A stretch of 64,000 nt of DNA from assembly GCA_963707505.1 (NCBI GenBank), contig CAVPQB010000006.1, forward strand, positions 32,001-96,000, written 5' to 3'. Below, one piece after another: positions 62,964 through 64,000 of the stretch; position 1 is the stretch's first letter, and each line of letters opens with the position of its first letter. The translations under genes and the position numbers were made by a program. The notes below the pieces were generated by a model. The model searched no databases. It worked only from the letters and a program-made list of their open reading frames with translations, and was not told the DNA's origin. The DNA comes from an uncultured Gemmatimonadales bacterium (lineage in GTDB: Bacteria; Gemmatimonadota; Gemmatimonadetes; Gemmatimonadales; Gemmatimonadaceae).

Positions 62964-64000
62964 ATGAGTATCGCGGAATCAGAGGTCAAGGCCCGACGCA
63001 TCGCGCAGCTCGCGCGTGACCTCGCACGGCTCCGCGGTGACGTGCCAGCCGCTGCCGACAATCCGGTGGCCTTCTGGGTGCCGGGACGAATCGAGGTTCT
63101 GGGCAAGCACACCGATTACGGCGGCGGCCGCAGTCTACTTGTGTGCCGTCGAACGCGGAATCTGCATCGTAGCCAGCGCACGGCCGGGACATGCATCGTC
63201 CACGATCACCGCGAACACGGTGCGCATACTCGATGCACGCTCCGGCGACGTCGCGGAGTTGGAACTGTCACCCGACGTCGAGTCGACACCGGGGCATTGG
63301 TCCAACTACGCGATCACCGTTGCGCGCCGTATCGCGATGAACTTTCCCGGTGAGATGCGTGGCGCGGACATCGCATTCGCGAGCGATCTTCCGCCCGCTG
63401 CCGGCGTGAGCAGCTCGAGCGCTCTCGTTGTCGCGTTCTTCCTGGCGCTCTCCGCCATCAACGATCTGCCTGCGCGACAGGAATATCGCGACAACATTCA
63501 GACGCCGGAAGATCTGGCCGGCTACCTCGGCTGCGTCGAGAATGGACTTGATTTCAAGTCACTGCACGGCCGCGCAGGGGTCGGAACGTTCGGAGGAAGC
63601 GAGGACCAGACTGCGATTCTCTGCGCACGACCGAATGCTCTGGTACAGTACTCGTTTCTGTCCCGTAAGATTCGAACGCGCAATCGCGATTCCGAACGAC
63701 CTTACGTTCGTGATCGCGGCGAGCGGCGTACTCGCAGAGAAAACTGGCTCCGCACTGGAGCTCTACAATCGCGTATCACGCCGTCTGAGCGTCGGGCTCG
63801 AATCCTGGAATCGAGCGACTGGCCGGACCGACACGTCGATGGGCGCGGCCGTCGCGTCGTCACCGGATGCCCGGATACGGATCCGGGAAGTACTTCGCAC
63901 CGCTACCGACGAGACGTATCCACCGGAGTCGCTATTACGAAGATTCGACCAGTTTGATACCGAGGCGAACGAGATCATTCCTGCAGCGGCGGACGCGCTC
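62964..64000 (+). CDS. Galactokinase-like GHMP kinase (two apparent +1 frameshifts; runs off the window)
   Basis: PGRIEVLGKHTDY and PPAAGVSSSSA motifs; extra bases near 63141 and 63657; start uncertain. Confidence 0.8.

Overview
GC-rich bacterial chromosomal window. Gene content (SusC/SusD, VPS10-like protein, CGTC palindromes, AroH-type chorismate mutase) suggests Gemmatimonadota or a relative, which is an inference. The left half holds housekeeping and accessory genes: M16 and M28 peptidases, TPR proteins, kynureninase, acnA, an aroF-pheA-aroH-thrC operon, tRNA-Asn, two diguanylate cyclases, aguBA, an SBP-MCP pair and queCE. The right ~26 kb is a SusC/SusD-linked hydroxyproline and galactose utilisation locus. 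The most notable signal is absent from the ORF track: two apparently related leader-peptide attenuators 3.5 kb apart. One is Phe/Tyr/Trp-rich (13448-13561) and precedes the aromatic operon. The other is Asn-rich (16936-17022) and precedes a tRNA-Asn gene, which would make a tRNA controlled by ribosome stalling on its own codons. Both peptides carry V-I-V-x-R-G at residues 23-28 and share the same antiterminator/terminator layout. Other points of interest are a signal-peptide-bearing tail-tube-like protein, a symporter-nucleotidyltransferase fusion and a candidate GntR operator. Six single-base insertions in four genes look like sequencing errors. No CRISPR array, rRNA or transposase was seen. 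All family assignments come from motif recognition by eye; no searches were run.
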